A DNA stretch of 64,000 nt from an uncultured Acidimicrobiales bacterium (GCA_943788915.1 CALSSD010000006.1:310001-374000), one strand, 5' to 3'; positions 29,586-41,252 are shown, counted from the first letter of the stretch. Program-made: numbers and translations. The notes: generated by a model from the letters alone, not told the origin.

Positions 29586-31776
29586 CTCGGCGGTACCCGG
29601 AGAAGCGGCGGAGCCGGAGGCTGTTGGTGACCACAAATACCGACGACAGTCCCATGGCACCTGCTGCGATCATGGGGTTCAGAACACCAAATGCCGCAAG
29701 CGGTATCGCGGCTGCGTTGTAAGCGAACGCCCAAAACAGGTTGCCTTTGATGGTGGCCAATGTCCGCCGGGCGAGGGCAATGGCATCGGCCACGGCCCGC
29801 AGATCGCCGCTAACTACGGTGAGATCCGACGCCTGGATCGCAACATCAGTTCCAGTACCAACCGCAATGCCAAGATCGGCCTGTGCCAGAGCGGGAGCAT
29901 CGTTGATGCCGTCGCCCACCATGGCCACTCGATGACCCGCTGCCTGCAGTCGTTTCACCTCGGAGGCTTTATCGGATGGAAGTACCTCGGCGATGACGTG
30001 GTCAACGCCGACGAGCTGACCAACGTGTTCGGCGGTACGACGGTTGTCGCCCGTTAACAGCGTGACGGTGAGCCCCTGCTCCTGCAATGCGGCAATGGCG
30101 GCTGCGCTGGTGTCCTTGATCGTGTCCGTCACCACGAACACGGCTTCAGCAGTTGTGTCTTCATGTGTGCTGCCTCGACCTGCGAATACAGCGGTCGACC
30201 CGACCTCTTCGGCTGCGACGGCAGCGGCTTCGACGTCGTCGGGGATGTGGTCGAAGAAGAGCCGTCGTCCGACTCGCACAGCTACACCGTTGATCGTGCC
30301 GACGACGCCATAACCCGGTTGATTCGTGAAGTCGGCGACGGCGTCATGTTCGGTCGTGGCAGCAGCGATCGCCTGAGCGATCGGATGTTCCGATTTTGCT
30401 TCAACGGAAGCAGCCAGAGCAACGAGTTCTCGCTGTGAGTCGTCGGACGCTCCGGGCATGTGCACCGAAGCCAGTTCCATGCGGCCGTGGGTAACGGTGC
30501 CGGTCTTGTCAACGATGACAACATCGATGTCGCGGGTGTCTTCGAGGACCTCGCCTCCCTTGATGATGACCCCAAGCTGCGCACCCCGGCCGGTACCCAC
30601 CATGATGCCTAGTGGGGTTGCGAGTCCAAGGGCACACGGGCACGCAATGATCAGGACTGCAACTGCAGCGGTGAATGCCTGGTCTGCGCTGTGACCGGTA
30701 AGGAACCAAGCAGCGAGTGTTACGAGTGCGATGCCGATAGCGAGTGGCACAAAAACTGCCGCCACGCGGTCAGCAAGACGTTGCACATTGGCCCGGCTGC
30801 CCTGTGCCTGGTCGACAAGCTGGATGATCTGTGCCAGTGCGGTATCAGATCCGACTCTGGTCGCTTCGACGGTGAGGGAGCCGTTTGTGTTGATGGTTGA
30901 GCCGATGACCTCGTCGCCGACGATGACATCGACAGGAACAGGTTCACCGGTGACCATCGAGATGTCGATTGCTGACTGGCCCTCGACGACGACGCCGTCG
31001 GTAGCGATCTTCTCACCGGGGCGCACAACAAACCGCATGCCCGTGACCAGATCCTCGAGTGCGATCTCACGCCCGTCGTCAAGCTGCGCGGTGCGGGCAC
31101 CAAGATCGGCAAGTGCCCGAATAGCATCGCCTGAGCGGCGCTTCGCTCGAAGCTCAAACCATTTCCCCAACAGGATGAGGGTGACGATGACGCCACCAGT
31201 TTCGAAGTAGATGTGGCCACCGTCGATGTCGCCCAGTAACACCACCGCAGACCAGATCCATCCAGCCGACGCTCCCATCGATACCAGCGTGTCCATGGTC
31301 GTCGAACCGTGACGCAGGTTCATAAATGCAGCTCGATGGAACGGCCAACCCGACCAGAACACGACCGGCGTGGCGAGCACCGCCACGACCCATTCCCAAC
31401 CCGTGAAGTGCAACGGCCGGATCATCGTCAGCAACATGGCTGGGATTGTCAGAACGACGCCCACCAAGAGACGCCGAAGCAGATCGGCCTCGCGACGATC
31501 CTCGGCCGCATCGGTTTCGTCTTCCTCGATAACCGAATAACCAAGGCTCTCGATGACGTCGAACAGTTGCTGGTCTAGGACGGCACTGTCTCGCACGACG
31601 GTTGCTCGCCCGGTGGCGAAGTTCACCTGCGCGTCGGTCACGCCGTCCAGCCTGGTGAGCTTGCGCTGAATACGGTTGGAACACGCAGCACAGGTCATGC
31701 CATCGACGGCAATGTCTGATCGAACTTGGTCGGGGTGATGCTGGCTGGCTAGATCGGTGCTCGAAACTGCTGGCAT
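29572..31776 (-). CDS. copA: Cu(I)-type P1B ATPase
   Basis: [32 protein letters not shown] and MGLSS. Confidence 0.92.
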   Translation of the reverse strand: MPAVSSTDLASQHHPDQVRSDIAVDGMTCAACSNRIQRKLTRLDGVTDAQVNFATGRATVVRDSAVLDQQLFDVIESLGYSVIEEDETDAAEDRREADLLRRLLVGVVLTIPAMLLTMIRPLHFTGWEWVVAVLATPVVFWSGWPFHRAAFMNLRHGSTTMDTLVSMGASAGWIWSAVVLLGDIDGGHIYFETGGVIVTLILLGKWFELRAKRRSGDAIRALADLGARTAQLDDGREIALEDLVTGMRFVVRPGEKIATDGVVVEGQSAIDISMVTGEPVPVDVIVGDEVIGSTINTNGSLTVEATRVGSDTALAQIIQLVDQAQGSRANVQRLADRVAAVFVPLAIGIALVTLAAWFLTGHSADQAFTAAVAVLIIACPCALGLATPLGIMVGTGRGAQLGVIIKGGEVLEDTRDIDVVIVDKTGTVTHGRMELASVHMPGASDDSQRELVALAASVEAKSEHPIAQAIAAATTEHDAVADFTNQPGYGVVGTINGVAVRVGRRLFFDHIPDDVEAAAVAAEEVGSTAVFAGRGSTHEDTTAEAVFVVTDTIKDTSAAAIAALQEQGLTVTLLTGDNRRTAEHVGQLVGVDHVIAEVLPSDKASEVKRLQAAGHRVAMVGDGINDAPALAQADLGIAVGTGTDVAIQASDLTVVSGDLRAVADAIALARRTLATIKGNLFWAFAYNAAAIPLAAFGVLNPMIAAGAMGLSSVFVVTNSLRLRRFSGYRRATPA

Positions 31777-31782
31777 GCTTTC

Positions 31783-31814
31783 ATTCTAAACCTTCTACCC
31801 AGATGGAAGGTCAA
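31783..31814 (-). promoter_or_regulatory. MerR-type promoter/operator for copA (TTGACC-20 bp-TAGAAT), leaderless
   Basis: Minus strand TTGACC TTCCATCTGGGTAGAAGGTT TAGAAT gaaagc ATG; dyad ACCTTC...GAAGGT in the spacer, like the CueR box. Confidence 0.85.
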
Positions 31815-32216
31815 CTACTTTGTGGCAACGATGACCTGGCAACGATTCGGATCGGTGCAATCGAAGGGATCAAGCCCCGTGGCCCTGTCTGCCAGTTCAG
31901 CAAGGGCACTTCGAGCGATCTGGAGTCGGTCTATCTTTTCGTCGATCGAGACCAAGTGTCGCTGTAGTAGTTCGCTGGTGTGGGCACAGGACCGTTCGCC
32001 TGTTTGTTTCAGCTCAAGAACCGAGGCGATTTCAGCCAATGTCAAACCACTGGCTTGTGCATCGCGGATGAAACACAGCCGCTCTACTGCGGCCGCGTCG
32101 TAGTCGCGGTAGCCCGATGCGGTGCGCAACGGTTCCTTCAACAAACCAATCGACTCGTAGTACCGCACCGTCTTGGCTGACACCGAGCCATGATCTGCAA
32201 GTTCACCAATTCGCAT
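31815..32216 (-). CDS. MerR-family heavy-metal-responsive regulator
   Basis: MRIGELA, TVRYYESIGLL, RTASGYRDY; Cys77, Cys120, Cys126. Confidence 0.92.
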   Translation of the reverse strand: MRIGELADHGSVSAKTVRYYESIGLLKEPLRTASGYRDYDAAAVERLCFIRDAQASGLTLAEIASVLELKQTGERSCAHTSELLQRHLVSIDEKIDRLQIARSALAELADRATGLDPFDCTDPNRCQVIVATK

Positions 32217-32599
32217 GTACGAAGGTTACGGCAACCCAGCCAGCTACATCAGAGATTCTCGCTTCAACGGAGGCGCTGCGCCCGGATCTGCCGCCGAGAA
32301 TGTCACACCTGGCAGGTTTGGAGATGTGACCAGAAATGACGGTTGAGGCAGTAGATGAGGTAACAGATATCGGGGATGCGCTGCGATCAACCTTCGGCGC
32401 TGCCACTCGAAGTGCCGGAACGAAGTCTCACCTCGTATGCGGCCCATATCGCTGCAGCGGAAGCGCAATGGCCTGATCGGCTTGGGAAATACTGCGTTCG
32501 CTAAACTCGGAAGACGCGCTCGCTTTATCGAAGAGCTGCCAGCTGGGGGTGAAGAGCCCTGCTGACATGTGCTCAGTCTGTGGCAGCCGAACTAGCGAG

Positions 32600-32833
32600 T
32601 TAGCCGACTTCGATGAAGATGCATTCGCCGGGGCATTCCTCGGCGGAGTCGACGGTTGTTTCGTAGGCGCTTTCGGGCACGGTTGCAAGCCCGCTGGGGC
32701 CACCGGGGTTATGAATGGTGTTGCCGTCTTTTACATAGGCAAGTCCATCATCGAGCAGAGCGAAGACATCGGGCGCAATCTCGACGCAGATGCCATCGCC
32801 GGTGCATAGATCCTGGTCAATCCAGACCTTCAT
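32600..32833 (-). CDS. Single-cluster ferredoxin
   Basis: MKVWIDQDLCTGDGICVEIAP...CPGECI; AAGGAG SD. Confidence 0.92.
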   Translation of the reverse strand: MKVWIDQDLCTGDGICVEIAPDVFALLDDGLAYVKDGNTIHNPGGPSGLATVPESAYETTVDSAEECPGECIFIEVG

Positions 32834-33012
32834 GGGGGACTCCTTGAGAAAAATCTGATCATATGCGGCGACAACCCTCAACCTGGTGTCGATGCCGCAA
32901 TTTTCGAGATGAGGTACGGCCTGGCCCCTTGTGGCCGTGCACTCCGGTGTAGGGTCAGCGAGGAGTCAGTACGCCACAAGCCAGGAGGCCGGTCATCGAC
33001 GAGAACGAGGAA

Positions 33013-34722
33013 GTGATACCAGAAGTCGTCATCCTCCAGGATGAATTACAGATCCTGCGGCGACGGCTACAAGACGCACCCAAACGTGTGCGCACGCTTG
33101 AGGAACGACTCCTCGAGGTCAAAGGTCAGCTCGCTCGGGCGATGTCACAGAACGATCGGCTGGCCTCTACGCTACGCGAGGCGCGCGATCGCATCGGATC
33201 GCTACGCGAGGAAGTCGAAAAACTGTCGAGCCCGCCATCGGGTTATGGGTTAGTCCTTGACACCAATGAAGACGGCACCATCGATGTGTTCACCGGCGGT
33301 CGAAAAATGCGGGTTGAACGCCATCCCGATCTTGATCAGGATCTGAACAAGGGCACCGAGGTCGTACTCAACGAATCCATGAACGTGGTTATGGCTCGGG
33401 GTGCGCAACAGACCGGGTCGATTGTTTCGGTCATCGAAGTACTTGGCACAGACCGTTGTGTGGTCAGCGGGCGTGCCGACGAGGAGCGCGTCGTGTCAAT
33501 ATCTGACGCTCTCAAAGACACGGTGCTTCGCTCAGGTGACGCTGTCCGGGTCGATGCGTCTTACGAGGTCGCACTCGAGAAGCTTCCTCGCCCCGAGGTC
33601 GAACACCTGATGCTCGAAGACGTCCCCGACGTTAGCTACAACGACATTGGTGGCTTGGGGCCTCAGATCGAAGCCATCACCGATGCCGTCGAACTGCCGT
33701 TCTTGCACAGTGACCTGTTCCTTGAACATGAACTTCCGCCGCCAAAGGGCATTCTCCTGTACGGCCCCCCGGGTTGTGGCAAGACCATGATTGCCAAGGC
33801 GGTCGCGAACTCGCTTGCCCAGAAGGTCAAGGCGCAGCGGGCCGGCGATGAGGACGAAGAGGTGCGCAGCTACTTCTTCAACATCAAGGGCCCTGAGTTG
33901 CTCAACAAATACGTGGGTGAGACCGAGCGTCAGATCCGGCTGGTCTTCCAACGAGCTCGAGAGAAGAGCGAGGAGGGCTGGCCAGTCATCGTGTTCTTCG
34001 ACGAGATGGAGTCATTGTTCCGGACCCGGGGCACTGGCATTTCCAGCGACGTTGAGAGCACGATCGTGCCCCAACTCCTGGCAGAGATCGATGGTGTTGA
34101 AACACTCAACAATGTGATCGTGATCGGCGCCTCAAACCGCGAGGACCTGATCGACCCAGCCATCCTGCGTCCTGGTCGTCTCGACGTGAAGATCAAGATC
34201 GAACGGCCCGATGCCGACGCAGCGCAGGCCATCTTCTCTCGTTACCTTACGAGTGACCTGCCGATTGCCCCCGACGTAGTCGAGAGTCTGGGCGGCGGGG
34301 ATCCTGACAAGGCCGTGCGGGTCATGGTCGAACAAGCAACCGAAGAGATGTACAGCGAGGACCCCCGCAACGAGTTCCTTGAAATCACCTACCAAAATGG
34401 CGATAAAGAGGTCACGTATTTCAAGGACTTCTCCTCGGGTGCCATGATCGAGAACATTGTGCGCCGGGCCAAGAAGCTTGCGATAAAACGTCTGATCGAG
34501 ACCGATGTACGGGGACTGCGGCCCGAGGATCTCATCGAGTCGGTGTTCCAAGAATTCAAGGAACACGAAGACCTTCCGAATACGACCAACCCAGATGATT
34601 GGGCCCGTATTAGCGGCCGCAAGGGAGAGCGTATTGTGTTTATCCGAACGCTCATTGATCGCGACGACGACAATCTCGGTGGCAAATCAATCGATGGCGT
34701 AACCACCGGCCAGTACCTGTAG
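33013..34722 (+). CDS. arc: Proteasome ATPase ARC/Mpa
   Basis: N-terminal coiled coil, [21 protein letters not shown]-terminal GQYL. Confidence 0.97.
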   Translation: MIPEVVILQDELQILRRRLQDAPKRVRTLEERLLEVKGQLARAMSQNDRLASTLREARDRIGSLREEVEKLSSPPSGYGLVLDTNEDGTIDVFTGGRKMRVERHPDLDQDLNKGTEVVLNESMNVVMARGAQQTGSIVSVIEVLGTDRCVVSGRADEERVVSISDALKDTVLRSGDAVRVDASYEVALEKLPRPEVEHLMLEDVPDVSYNDIGGLGPQIEAITDAVELPFLHSDLFLEHELPPPKGILLYGPPGCGKTMIAKAVANSLAQKVKAQRAGDEDEEVRSYFFNIKGPELLNKYVGETERQIRLVFQRAREKSEEGWPVIVFFDEMESLFRTRGTGISSDVESTIVPQLLAEIDGVETLNNVIVIGASNREDLIDPAILRPGRLDVKIKIERPDADAAQAIFSRYLTSDLPIAPDVVESLGGGDPDKAVRVMVEQATEEMYSEDPRNEFLEITYQNGDKEVTYFKDFSSGAMIENIVRRAKKLAIKRLIETDVRGLRPEDLIESVFQEFKEHEDLPNTTNPDDWARISGRKGERIVFIRTLIDRDDDNLGGKSIDGVTTGQYL

Positions 34723-34727
34723 GGAAT

Positions 34728-36239
34728 ATGGCAAGCATCAAAGTCGTCGGTCTCGAGACCGAGTACGGCATTGTTCATCGTGGCGTCGATGACCCCAATC
34801 CAATCACCGCCTCATCCTTGTTGATCAACGCCTATCTGGCACGTTGCGAGGCGACCGGCCGTCGACCAGCCACACAGCGCGTGTCGTGGGACTTCGAAGA
34901 TGAAAGCCCGGCGCTTGATGCGCGCGGGTTTACGCCGCTCGGGGCAAGACCGCCCGAGATCGAAACCCATCTGGTGAACGCAGTGCTGACCAACGGCGCT
35001 CGTTATTACGTCGACCATGCCCACCCCGAGATGTCGACACCCGAGTGCCTCGACGCTCGCACGGTGACGCTCTATGACCGAGCCGGTGAGCTGGTGGTGA
35101 TCGAGTCCATGGACGCCGCCAAGGAGCTGTTGGGCGGTGGCCAAGAACTCATCGCCTACAAAAACAACAGCGACGGCAAGGGCAACAGTTATGGCACCCA
35201 TGAGAACTATCTCATGGATCGTGCTACGCCGTTCTCCCACATTGTTGCCAACGCGACCGTCCACTTCGTGACCCGACAGATCTTCATTGGGGCTGGCAAG
35301 GTCGGCTGCGAGATTCCGGGAACTGGCGTCGACGTCGTGCCGTACCAGTTGACCCAACGGGCTGATTTTTTCGAAGAAGAAGTGGGCCTTGAGACCACGC
35401 TAAAACGCCCAATCATTAACACCCGCGACGAGCCGCACGCCGATGCGCAGAAATACCGCCGGCTCCACGTGATCGTCGGCGACGCGAACATGAGCGAGTT
35501 CGCAACATGGCTCAAGGTCGGTTCCACGATGATCGTGCTTGCCATGATCGAAGATGGCGAGTTCGCGCCCGAACTTGCGTTCCGCGCACCGGTACAGGCG
35601 CTGCGTAACGTCAGCTATGACCTGACATTGGCGAAACCGCTTCGGCTGGCCGATGGCACGACCGCAACCGCGATCGAGATCCAGGCCGAGATTATCGGAG
35701 CTGCCGACAAGTATCTCGAACGTTACGGCACCGAAGGCGCCGGTGGCCCCGATGCGCTCGCGGTGCTTGCTGCATGGCGCGAGACCGTCGAGACCCTCGA
35801 ACGTGACCCAATGGAGTTGTCCGACCGCATCGATTGGGTGGCAAAGAAAAAGGTCCTCGATGCCTACCGCTCACGGGATGGCATCGAATGGGGCGATGCC
35901 CGACTTCGTGCACTCGATCTGCAATACCACGACATGCGCCCCGACCGTTCGGTGTTCAACAAGCTGAAAATGCACACGATCGTCGACCATGATTCTGCCG
36001 TCGCTGGTGCCGATAATCCTCCCGAAGACACCCGGGCATATTTCCGGGGCGAATGTCTGCGGCGATTCCCTGACGCAATTGTCGCGGCCAACTGGGACTC
36101 GATGGTTTTCGATACGGGCGAACCTCCGTTGCGCCGTGTGCCGATGATGGAACCAACCCGGGGGAGTGCCGCCCATGTGGCAGACCTGTTGCACGGGTGT
36201 GAGACTGTAAAAGAACTGCTCGATCAGCTCCAGAGCTGA
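34728..36239 (+). CDS. dop: Pup deamidase/depupylase
   Basis: [47 protein letters not shown]. Confidence 0.96.
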   Translation: MASIKVVGLETEYGIVHRGVDDPNPITASSLLINAYLARCEATGRRPATQRVSWDFEDESPALDARGFTPLGARPPEIETHLVNAVLTNGARYYVDHAHPEMSTPECLDARTVTLYDRAGELVVIESMDAAKELLGGGQELIAYKNNSDGKGNSYGTHENYLMDRATPFSHIVANATVHFVTRQIFIGAGKVGCEIPGTGVDVVPYQLTQRADFFEEEVGLETTLKRPIINTRDEPHADAQKYRRLHVIVGDANMSEFATWLKVGSTMIVLAMIEDGEFAPELAFRAPVQALRNVSYDLTLAKPLRLADGTTATAIEIQAEIIGAADKYLERYGTEGAGGPDALAVLAAWRETVETLERDPMELSDRIDWVAKKKVLDAYRSRDGIEWGDARLRALDLQYHDMRPDRSVFNKLKMHTIVDHDSAVAGADNPPEDTRAYFRGECLRRFPDAIVAANWDSMVFDTGEPPLRRVPMMEPTRGSAAHVADLLHGCETVKELLDQLQS

Positions 36240-36263
36240 TGAACACGTAGGAGAGAAGCACTA

Positions 36264-36455
36264 ATGGCTGAACAAGAGAAACGCCAGGCCCCGGCTCCTG
36301 CCGAGACCGAGCGGGTGACCGAACACCCCAAACCGGCAGCGAAAGATCAGGCACTCGCCGACGGTCTCGATGACATCCTGGATGAGATCGACGAGGTTCT
36401 TGAAACCAATGCCGAAGAATTCGTGAAGTCGTACGTACAAAAGGGCGGCGAGTAA
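36264..36455 (+). CDS. pup: Prokaryotic ubiquitin-like protein Pup (ends GGE)
   Basis: [25 protein letters not shown]. Confidence 0.97.
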   Translation: MAEQEKRQAPAPAETERVTEHPKPAAKDQALADGLDDILDEIDEVLETNAEEFVKSYVQKGGE

Positions 36456-36490
36456 CCAGGGCAGCGCCCAGGCCGGGTTAGTCTCAAAGC

Positions 36491-37282
36491 GTGAGTTTGC
36501 CTACATTTGCAATGGGTGACGACCCGGGATCTGACTTCTCGCGTCTCGCTCGTCAATCCGGACTACTAGCCGATCCTGGTGCAGGCGAGGTTCTTGACCT
36601 GCCGCACGGAACCACGTGTATAGCGTTGCGCTACGACGAAGGAGTCTTGATCGCAGGTGACCGTCGGGCCACGTCCGGAAACCTGATCAGCTACCGCACA
36701 ATGCAGAAGGTGTTTCCGAGCGACCGCCATTCCGCCGTTGCCATCGCTGGTGCGGCAGGACCGGCCGTCGAGATGGTGCGGCTGTTTCAGCTCCAGCTTG
36801 AGCATTACGAAAAGGTCGAAGGCAAGGAACTTAGCCTCGACGGCAAGGCAGCTCAGCTGAGCCAGATGTTGCGGCAAAACCTGCCAGCGGCGCGTGCAGG
36901 CATGGTGGTTGTGCCAATTTTTGCCGGGTATGACCGACGCACCAGCGTCGGCCGACTGTTTCAGTTCGACATCAGCGGTGGCCGGTACGAAGAGCTTGAA
37001 TATGGTGCGACAGGTTCTGGCAGCCTGCACGCTTCGACAGTGCTCAAGCTCCGATACCGCAACGCAATGGACCGCGATACTGCCGTAGATCTGGCAATCG
37101 AGGCACTTTACGTTGCTGCCGACGAAGACTCGGCGAGCGGTCTGCCTGACTTTGTTCGCAACCTGTTTCCGATCGTTGCGACCGTTACCGATCAGGGTTA
37201 TCAGCAGCTCGACGACGACGAAGTGCGTGAACGCAGCCAGCGCTTGGTCGATGAACTCACCAGCCGCAACACCACGACCTGA
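36491..37282 (+). CDS. prcB: 20S proteasome beta subunit
   Basis: PHG/TT processing site, AGDRRAT, TGSGS. Confidence 0.96.
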   Translation: MSLPTFAMGDDPGSDFSRLARQSGLLADPGAGEVLDLPHGTTCIALRYDEGVLIAGDRRATSGNLISYRTMQKVFPSDRHSAVAIAGAAGPAVEMVRLFQLQLEHYEKVEGKELSLDGKAAQLSQMLRQNLPAARAGMVVVPIFAGYDRRTSVGRLFQFDISGGRYEELEYGATGSGSLHASTVLKLRYRNAMDRDTAVDLAIEALYVAADEDSASGLPDFVRNLFPIVATVTDQGYQQLDDDEVRERSQRLVDELTSRNTTT

Positions 37283-37300
37283 TCGAAGGGAACGAACACC

Positions 37301-37987
37301 ATGAGTACTCCGTTCTATGTAGCGCCCGAACAGGTCATGAAGGACCGTGCCGACTATGCCCGAAAGGGTATTGCCCGAGGCCGGTCCATCATTGCCTCCA
37401 CCTATGAAGACGGCATCATCATCGTTGCCGAGAACCCTTCGAACACACTCCACAAGTTGTCTGAGATTTATGACCGGATCGGCTTTGCCGGTGTTGGCCG
37501 TTACAACGAATTCGACCAGCTTCGGATTCAGGGCATACGTCATGCTGATCTCAAGGGTTTCAACTACAGCCGACATGATGTCGATGCGTTGAGCCTGGCG
37601 AACCAGTACGCCCAGATCCTTGGGCAGACATTTACCAACGAGATGAAACCCATGGAGGTCGAGATCCTGGTTGCCGCAATCGGCGAAACAGCAGACGAGG
37701 CCGACCAGGACCAACTCTTCCATATTCTGTACGACGGCACCGTGTTCGATCAGAACCGATTCGCCGTGCTCGGTGGCGACGCCGAAGCAATTACTGCTCG
37801 TCTCGAAGAGGGTTTCGAACCTCGGCTTGCTCTCGGTGCTGCCTTGCAGAAAGCCCAGGCGGCATTAGCGGGGCCCGACCGCACGCTTGTAGCTGGCGAC
37901 CTCGAAGTGGCAGTGCTTGACCGTAATCACGGGCGCCGCACCTTCCGACGGATCGTCGGCGATGAACTTGCCGACTTGGCCGCCTGA
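37301..37987 (+). CDS. prcA: 20S proteasome alpha subunit
   Basis: PFYVAPEQVMKDRADYARKGIARGR, LEVAVLDR. Confidence 0.96.
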   Translation: MSTPFYVAPEQVMKDRADYARKGIARGRSIIASTYEDGIIIVAENPSNTLHKLSEIYDRIGFAGVGRYNEFDQLRIQGIRHADLKGFNYSRHDVDALSLANQYAQILGQTFTNEMKPMEVEILVAAIGETADEADQDQLFHILYDGTVFDQNRFAVLGGDAEAITARLEEGFEPRLALGAALQKAQAALAGPDRTLVAGDLEVAVLDRNHGRRTFRRIVGDELADLAA

Positions 37988-37990
37988 CGC

Positions 37991-39349
37991 ATGCAGCGAC
38001 GAATTTATGGCATCGAGAACGAATATGGGGTCACGTGTACCCAACGCGGTCATCGCCGTCTGAGCCCCGACGAAGTAGCTCGTTACCTCTTTCGCAGGGT
38101 TGTGTCATGGGGTCGAAGCAGCAATGTCTTTCTGGCCAACGGTGCCCGGTTATACCTCGACGTGGGTTCGCACCCTGAATATGCCACACCCGAGTGTGAT
38201 GACATCACCGAGCTTGTCGCTCACGACAAGGCAGGTGAACGGATCCTTGAGCAGCTACTCACCTCGGCCGAAGAACGCCTTCGTGAAGAAGGCATCGAAG
38301 GCGACATCTATCTGTTCAAGAACAACACCGATAGTGCTGGCAACAGCTACGGCTGCCACGAGAACTACATGACGTCGCGCAAGGATGACTTGCGCGACTA
38401 CGCCGAGGTCTTGATTCCGTTTCTGGTCAGCCGCCAAATCTACGCAGGGGCTGGCAAGGTGCTGCAGACGGCACGCGGCGCGATGTACTGCGTCAGCCAG
38501 CGTGCCGAGCACATTTGGGAAGGAGTGTCGAGCGCGACAACACGCTCACGGCCGATCATCAACACCCGCGACGAACCCCACGCCGACGCCGAGAAGTACC
38601 GCCGTCTCCACGTCATCGTGGGCGACTCAAACATGAGTGAATACGCAACGTTTCTTAAGGTAGGAGCAGCATCACTGCTGCTTCGAATGCTCGAAGACCC
38701 CGGTGTGGTTCTGCGAGATATGACCCTCGATAACCCAATCCGGGCGATTCGCGAAATCAGTCACGACATCACCTGCAGCCGCCCAGTCCGGTTGGCCAAT
38801 GGCCGCGAGGCGTCTGCACTGCAGATCCAGAGCGAGTACCTCGAGCGGGCCTTGCGGTTTGCCGAGCACCATGAACTCAGCCCTATGGAACAGCAGGCGC
38901 TGAACATGTGGGAGCACTGCTTGACCACCATCGCCGACGATCCGCTCAAGCTGGATACCGAGGTCGACTGGGTCATCAAATATCACCTGATCGAGAAGTA
39001 CCGGGCACGTAATGACCTGCCGATGACCGATGCTCGGGTGTCGCTGATCGACCTGCAATACCACGACATCAACCGCGATCGCGGCCTGTTCTATCGGCTC
39101 CAGAAAAAGGGATTGGTCGAACGGATCTGTACCGATGCACAGATAGCCGCTGCCGTCGATACACCACCCCAGACCACTCGGGCTCGTCTTCGTGGAGAGT
39201 TCATTCGCCGAGCTAAAGAACGCCGACGTGACTACACCGTCGACTGGGTCCATCTGAAATTGAATGACCAGGCACAACGCACGGTCTTGTGTAAAGACCC
39301 GTTCAAGGCCCACGATGAGCGGGTCGAGAAACTGATCGAGAGCCTGTAG
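37991..39349 (+). CDS. pafA: Pup-protein ligase
   Basis: [43 protein letters not shown]. Confidence 0.97.
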   Translation: MQRRIYGIENEYGVTCTQRGHRRLSPDEVARYLFRRVVSWGRSSNVFLANGARLYLDVGSHPEYATPECDDITELVAHDKAGERILEQLLTSAEERLREEGIEGDIYLFKNNTDSAGNSYGCHENYMTSRKDDLRDYAEVLIPFLVSRQIYAGAGKVLQTARGAMYCVSQRAEHIWEGVSSATTRSRPIINTRDEPHADAEKYRRLHVIVGDSNMSEYATFLKVGAASLLLRMLEDPGVVLRDMTLDNPIRAIREISHDITCSRPVRLANGREASALQIQSEYLERALRFAEHHELSPMEQQALNMWEHCLTTIADDPLKLDTEVDWVIKYHLIEKYRARNDLPMTDARVSLIDLQYHDINRDRGLFYRLQKKGLVERICTDAQIAAAVDTPPQTTRARLRGEFIRRAKERRRDYTVDWVHLKLNDQAQRTVLCKDPFKAHDERVEKLIESL

Positions 39350-39358
39350 GGCCGACCG

Positions 39359-40288
39359 ATGGCCATAGACAAACTCGAACGCCAGCTGGGGTTACTCGCA
39401 GCGTTACTGCACACCGATCGGCCTCTACGCGCCGCTGAAATCCATTATCGCGTCGAGGGATATCCTGAAGACGATGTTGCGTTTCGTCGGGCATTTGAGC
39501 GCGACAAAGATGACCTGCGACGTTTAGGCGTGCCGTTGCAGGTGGAACGCACGGAGACCTCCGACGGCTCGATCGACGGGTATCGAGTCAGTCAGGGCGA
39601 CTATTACCTACACGATCTTGGGCTCGAGCCCGACGAGGTCGTTGCACTGTCCGTCGCACTGCGGCTGATCCGACTCGAGGGTGTTGCATCCGATGATGCG
39701 CTTTGGAAGCTTGGTGGTGCATCGGCCGACCAAGCTGGTTCGGCCCAACTTGCGCACATTGCGATGGGTCCAGCCGTGACACAGTTCCACGAAGCAATCA
39801 CCCTTAAAGCACGTGTGACGTTCGATTATCGAGGCGAAGAACGACAGGTCGAACCGTGGAGGCTCGCATTCCGCCGGGGCCAGTGGTATCTCGAAGCATT
39901 CGATCGGGTACGGGCCGACGAGCGCCGCTTCCGGCTGGATCGTATCGAAGGAGCCGTCCACGTGGGCGAAGCAGGAACAGCGACTGCCCCTCGGGCACTC
40001 GTGACACAAGAGCGGCAACCATGGCAGTTCACGACAGAAGACGAGCTGTCCTACACCGCCTTGGTTGCGATCGATGCCAGCCATGCCCGTTGGGCCCAAC
40101 ATCACTTGCCAGCCGCAACAGTGGTCACAACCCATGATGATGGGTCGATCGAGATCCAACTCGATGTCACCAACGTTGCTGCGTTTCGGTCACTGATCTT
40201 GTCGATGTTCGATGCTGCTGAGATTCTCTCGCCACCCGAACTGCGCGACGATATGGTCCGTTGGCTGCAAGCCATGGTGTCTGCATGA
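39359..40288 (+). CDS. pafB: WYL-domain transcriptional regulator PafB
   Basis: AFRRAFERDKDDLR, GQWYL, FRLDRI, PPELR. Confidence 0.92.
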   Translation: MAIDKLERQLGLLAALLHTDRPLRAAEIHYRVEGYPEDDVAFRRAFERDKDDLRRLGVPLQVERTETSDGSIDGYRVSQGDYYLHDLGLEPDEVVALSVALRLIRLEGVASDDALWKLGGASADQAGSAQLAHIAMGPAVTQFHEAITLKARVTFDYRGEERQVEPWRLAFRRGQWYLEAFDRVRADERRFRLDRIEGAVHVGEAGTATAPRALVTQERQPWQFTTEDELSYTALVAIDASHARWAQHHLPAATVVTTHDDGSIEIQLDVTNVAAFRSLILSMFDAAEILSPPELRDDMVRWLQAMVSA

Positions 40289-40301
40289 CTTGGGTATCTG
40301 T

Positions 40302-41252
40302 ATGACTCGGCTCACGGCCGCTGAACGGATGCGACGGCTGCTTGCGGTCATCCCCTGGGTGAGCGGCAGGGGAGAAGTCGCACTTTCGGAGATCTCCGAA
40401 CGTTTTGACTATCCGATAGATCGGCTGCGCCGCGACCTGACCGAGGTCGTGCAGTTCGTCGGGGTCCATCCCTACACCCCAGACATGCTTATCGAGGTGT
40501 ATCTCGACGATGAGAACGAACGTGTCAGTTTCGCATTGGCGGACTACTTCACGTCGCCGCTACGGCTGACTCCTGAGGAAGGCCTCAGCCTGGTGTCAGC
40601 CGGGCTCGGCCTGTTGGGGTCGTCTGCCGGCCAAGACAGCGCCCTGGAACGAGCACTACACAAAGTGGCGGAGCGGTTCGAGGTATCGATCGGTGATGAA
40701 CTCGACGTGAGCTTGGGTGGGGCTGACCCGGTGGTCGTGGACCAGGCAATGGCTGCGGTGCAGAGCCAACACTGCGTGACGATCGATTACTACAGCCTGC
40801 ATCGGGGTGAGAACACGTCACGAACGGTCGAACCTCATCGGGTGTTTAGCGAGCAGGGCGAGTGGTACATGCGCGGGTTCTGCCGGCTCGCAACCGAAGT
40901 GCGCACGTTTCGACTTGACCGAGTCATGGCACTGTCGATCGATGATCAAACCTTCGAACCAGTTGCCCAGACCGAAGCCGCCATGTTCGCGGCATCAGAG
41001 GATGATATTCGAGTCACACTCAAGCTTGCCCCAGAAGCCGCCTGGGTTGCCGAAGCCTTCCCGGTCGAAGAGGTCAAACGCACGGCCCGGACCTTGCGAG
41101 TGACCTTGGCTGTGTCGAGCCTGACATGGCTTGAGCGGCTGTTACTCCAGCTCGGCACGCATGCCGAAGTGGTTTCAGCGTCGCCGCCGTTGCCAGCTGA
41201 TTTCGTGGCCGACGCCGCTCACCGGGTCCTCGCTCGGTACCTACCTTCGTGA
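40302..41252 (+). CDS. pafC: WYL-domain transcriptional regulator PafC
   Basis: RMRRLLAVIPW, PLRLTPEE, GEWYM, FRLDRV. Confidence 0.92.
   Translation: MTRLTAAERMRRLLAVIPWVSGRGEVALSEISERFDYPIDRLRRDLTEVVQFVGVHPYTPDMLIEVYLDDENERVSFALADYFTSPLRLTPEEGLSLVSAGLGLLGSSAGQDSALERALHKVAERFEVSIGDELDVSLGGADPVVVDQAMAAVQSQHCVTIDYYSLHRGENTSRTVEPHRVFSEQGEWYMRGFCRLATEVRTFRLDRVMALSIDDQTFEPVAQTEAAMFAASEDDIRVTLKLAPEAAWVAEAFPVEEVKRTARTLRVTLAVSSLTWLERLLLQLGTHAEVVSASPPLPADFVADAAHRVLARYLPS

Noticed and set aside
29572..32216. copA-merR as a mobile element
   Set aside because: No transposase, terminal repeats or target duplication seen
36566..37723. Long antisense ORFs (385 aa here; also 5753-6511, 12673-13449, 53323-54096)
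   Set aside because: Shadows of well-supported genes, expected with high-GC codon bias; no motifs
39359..41252. WYL proteins as an anti-phage defence system
   Set aside because: Canonical pafBC position directly after pafA
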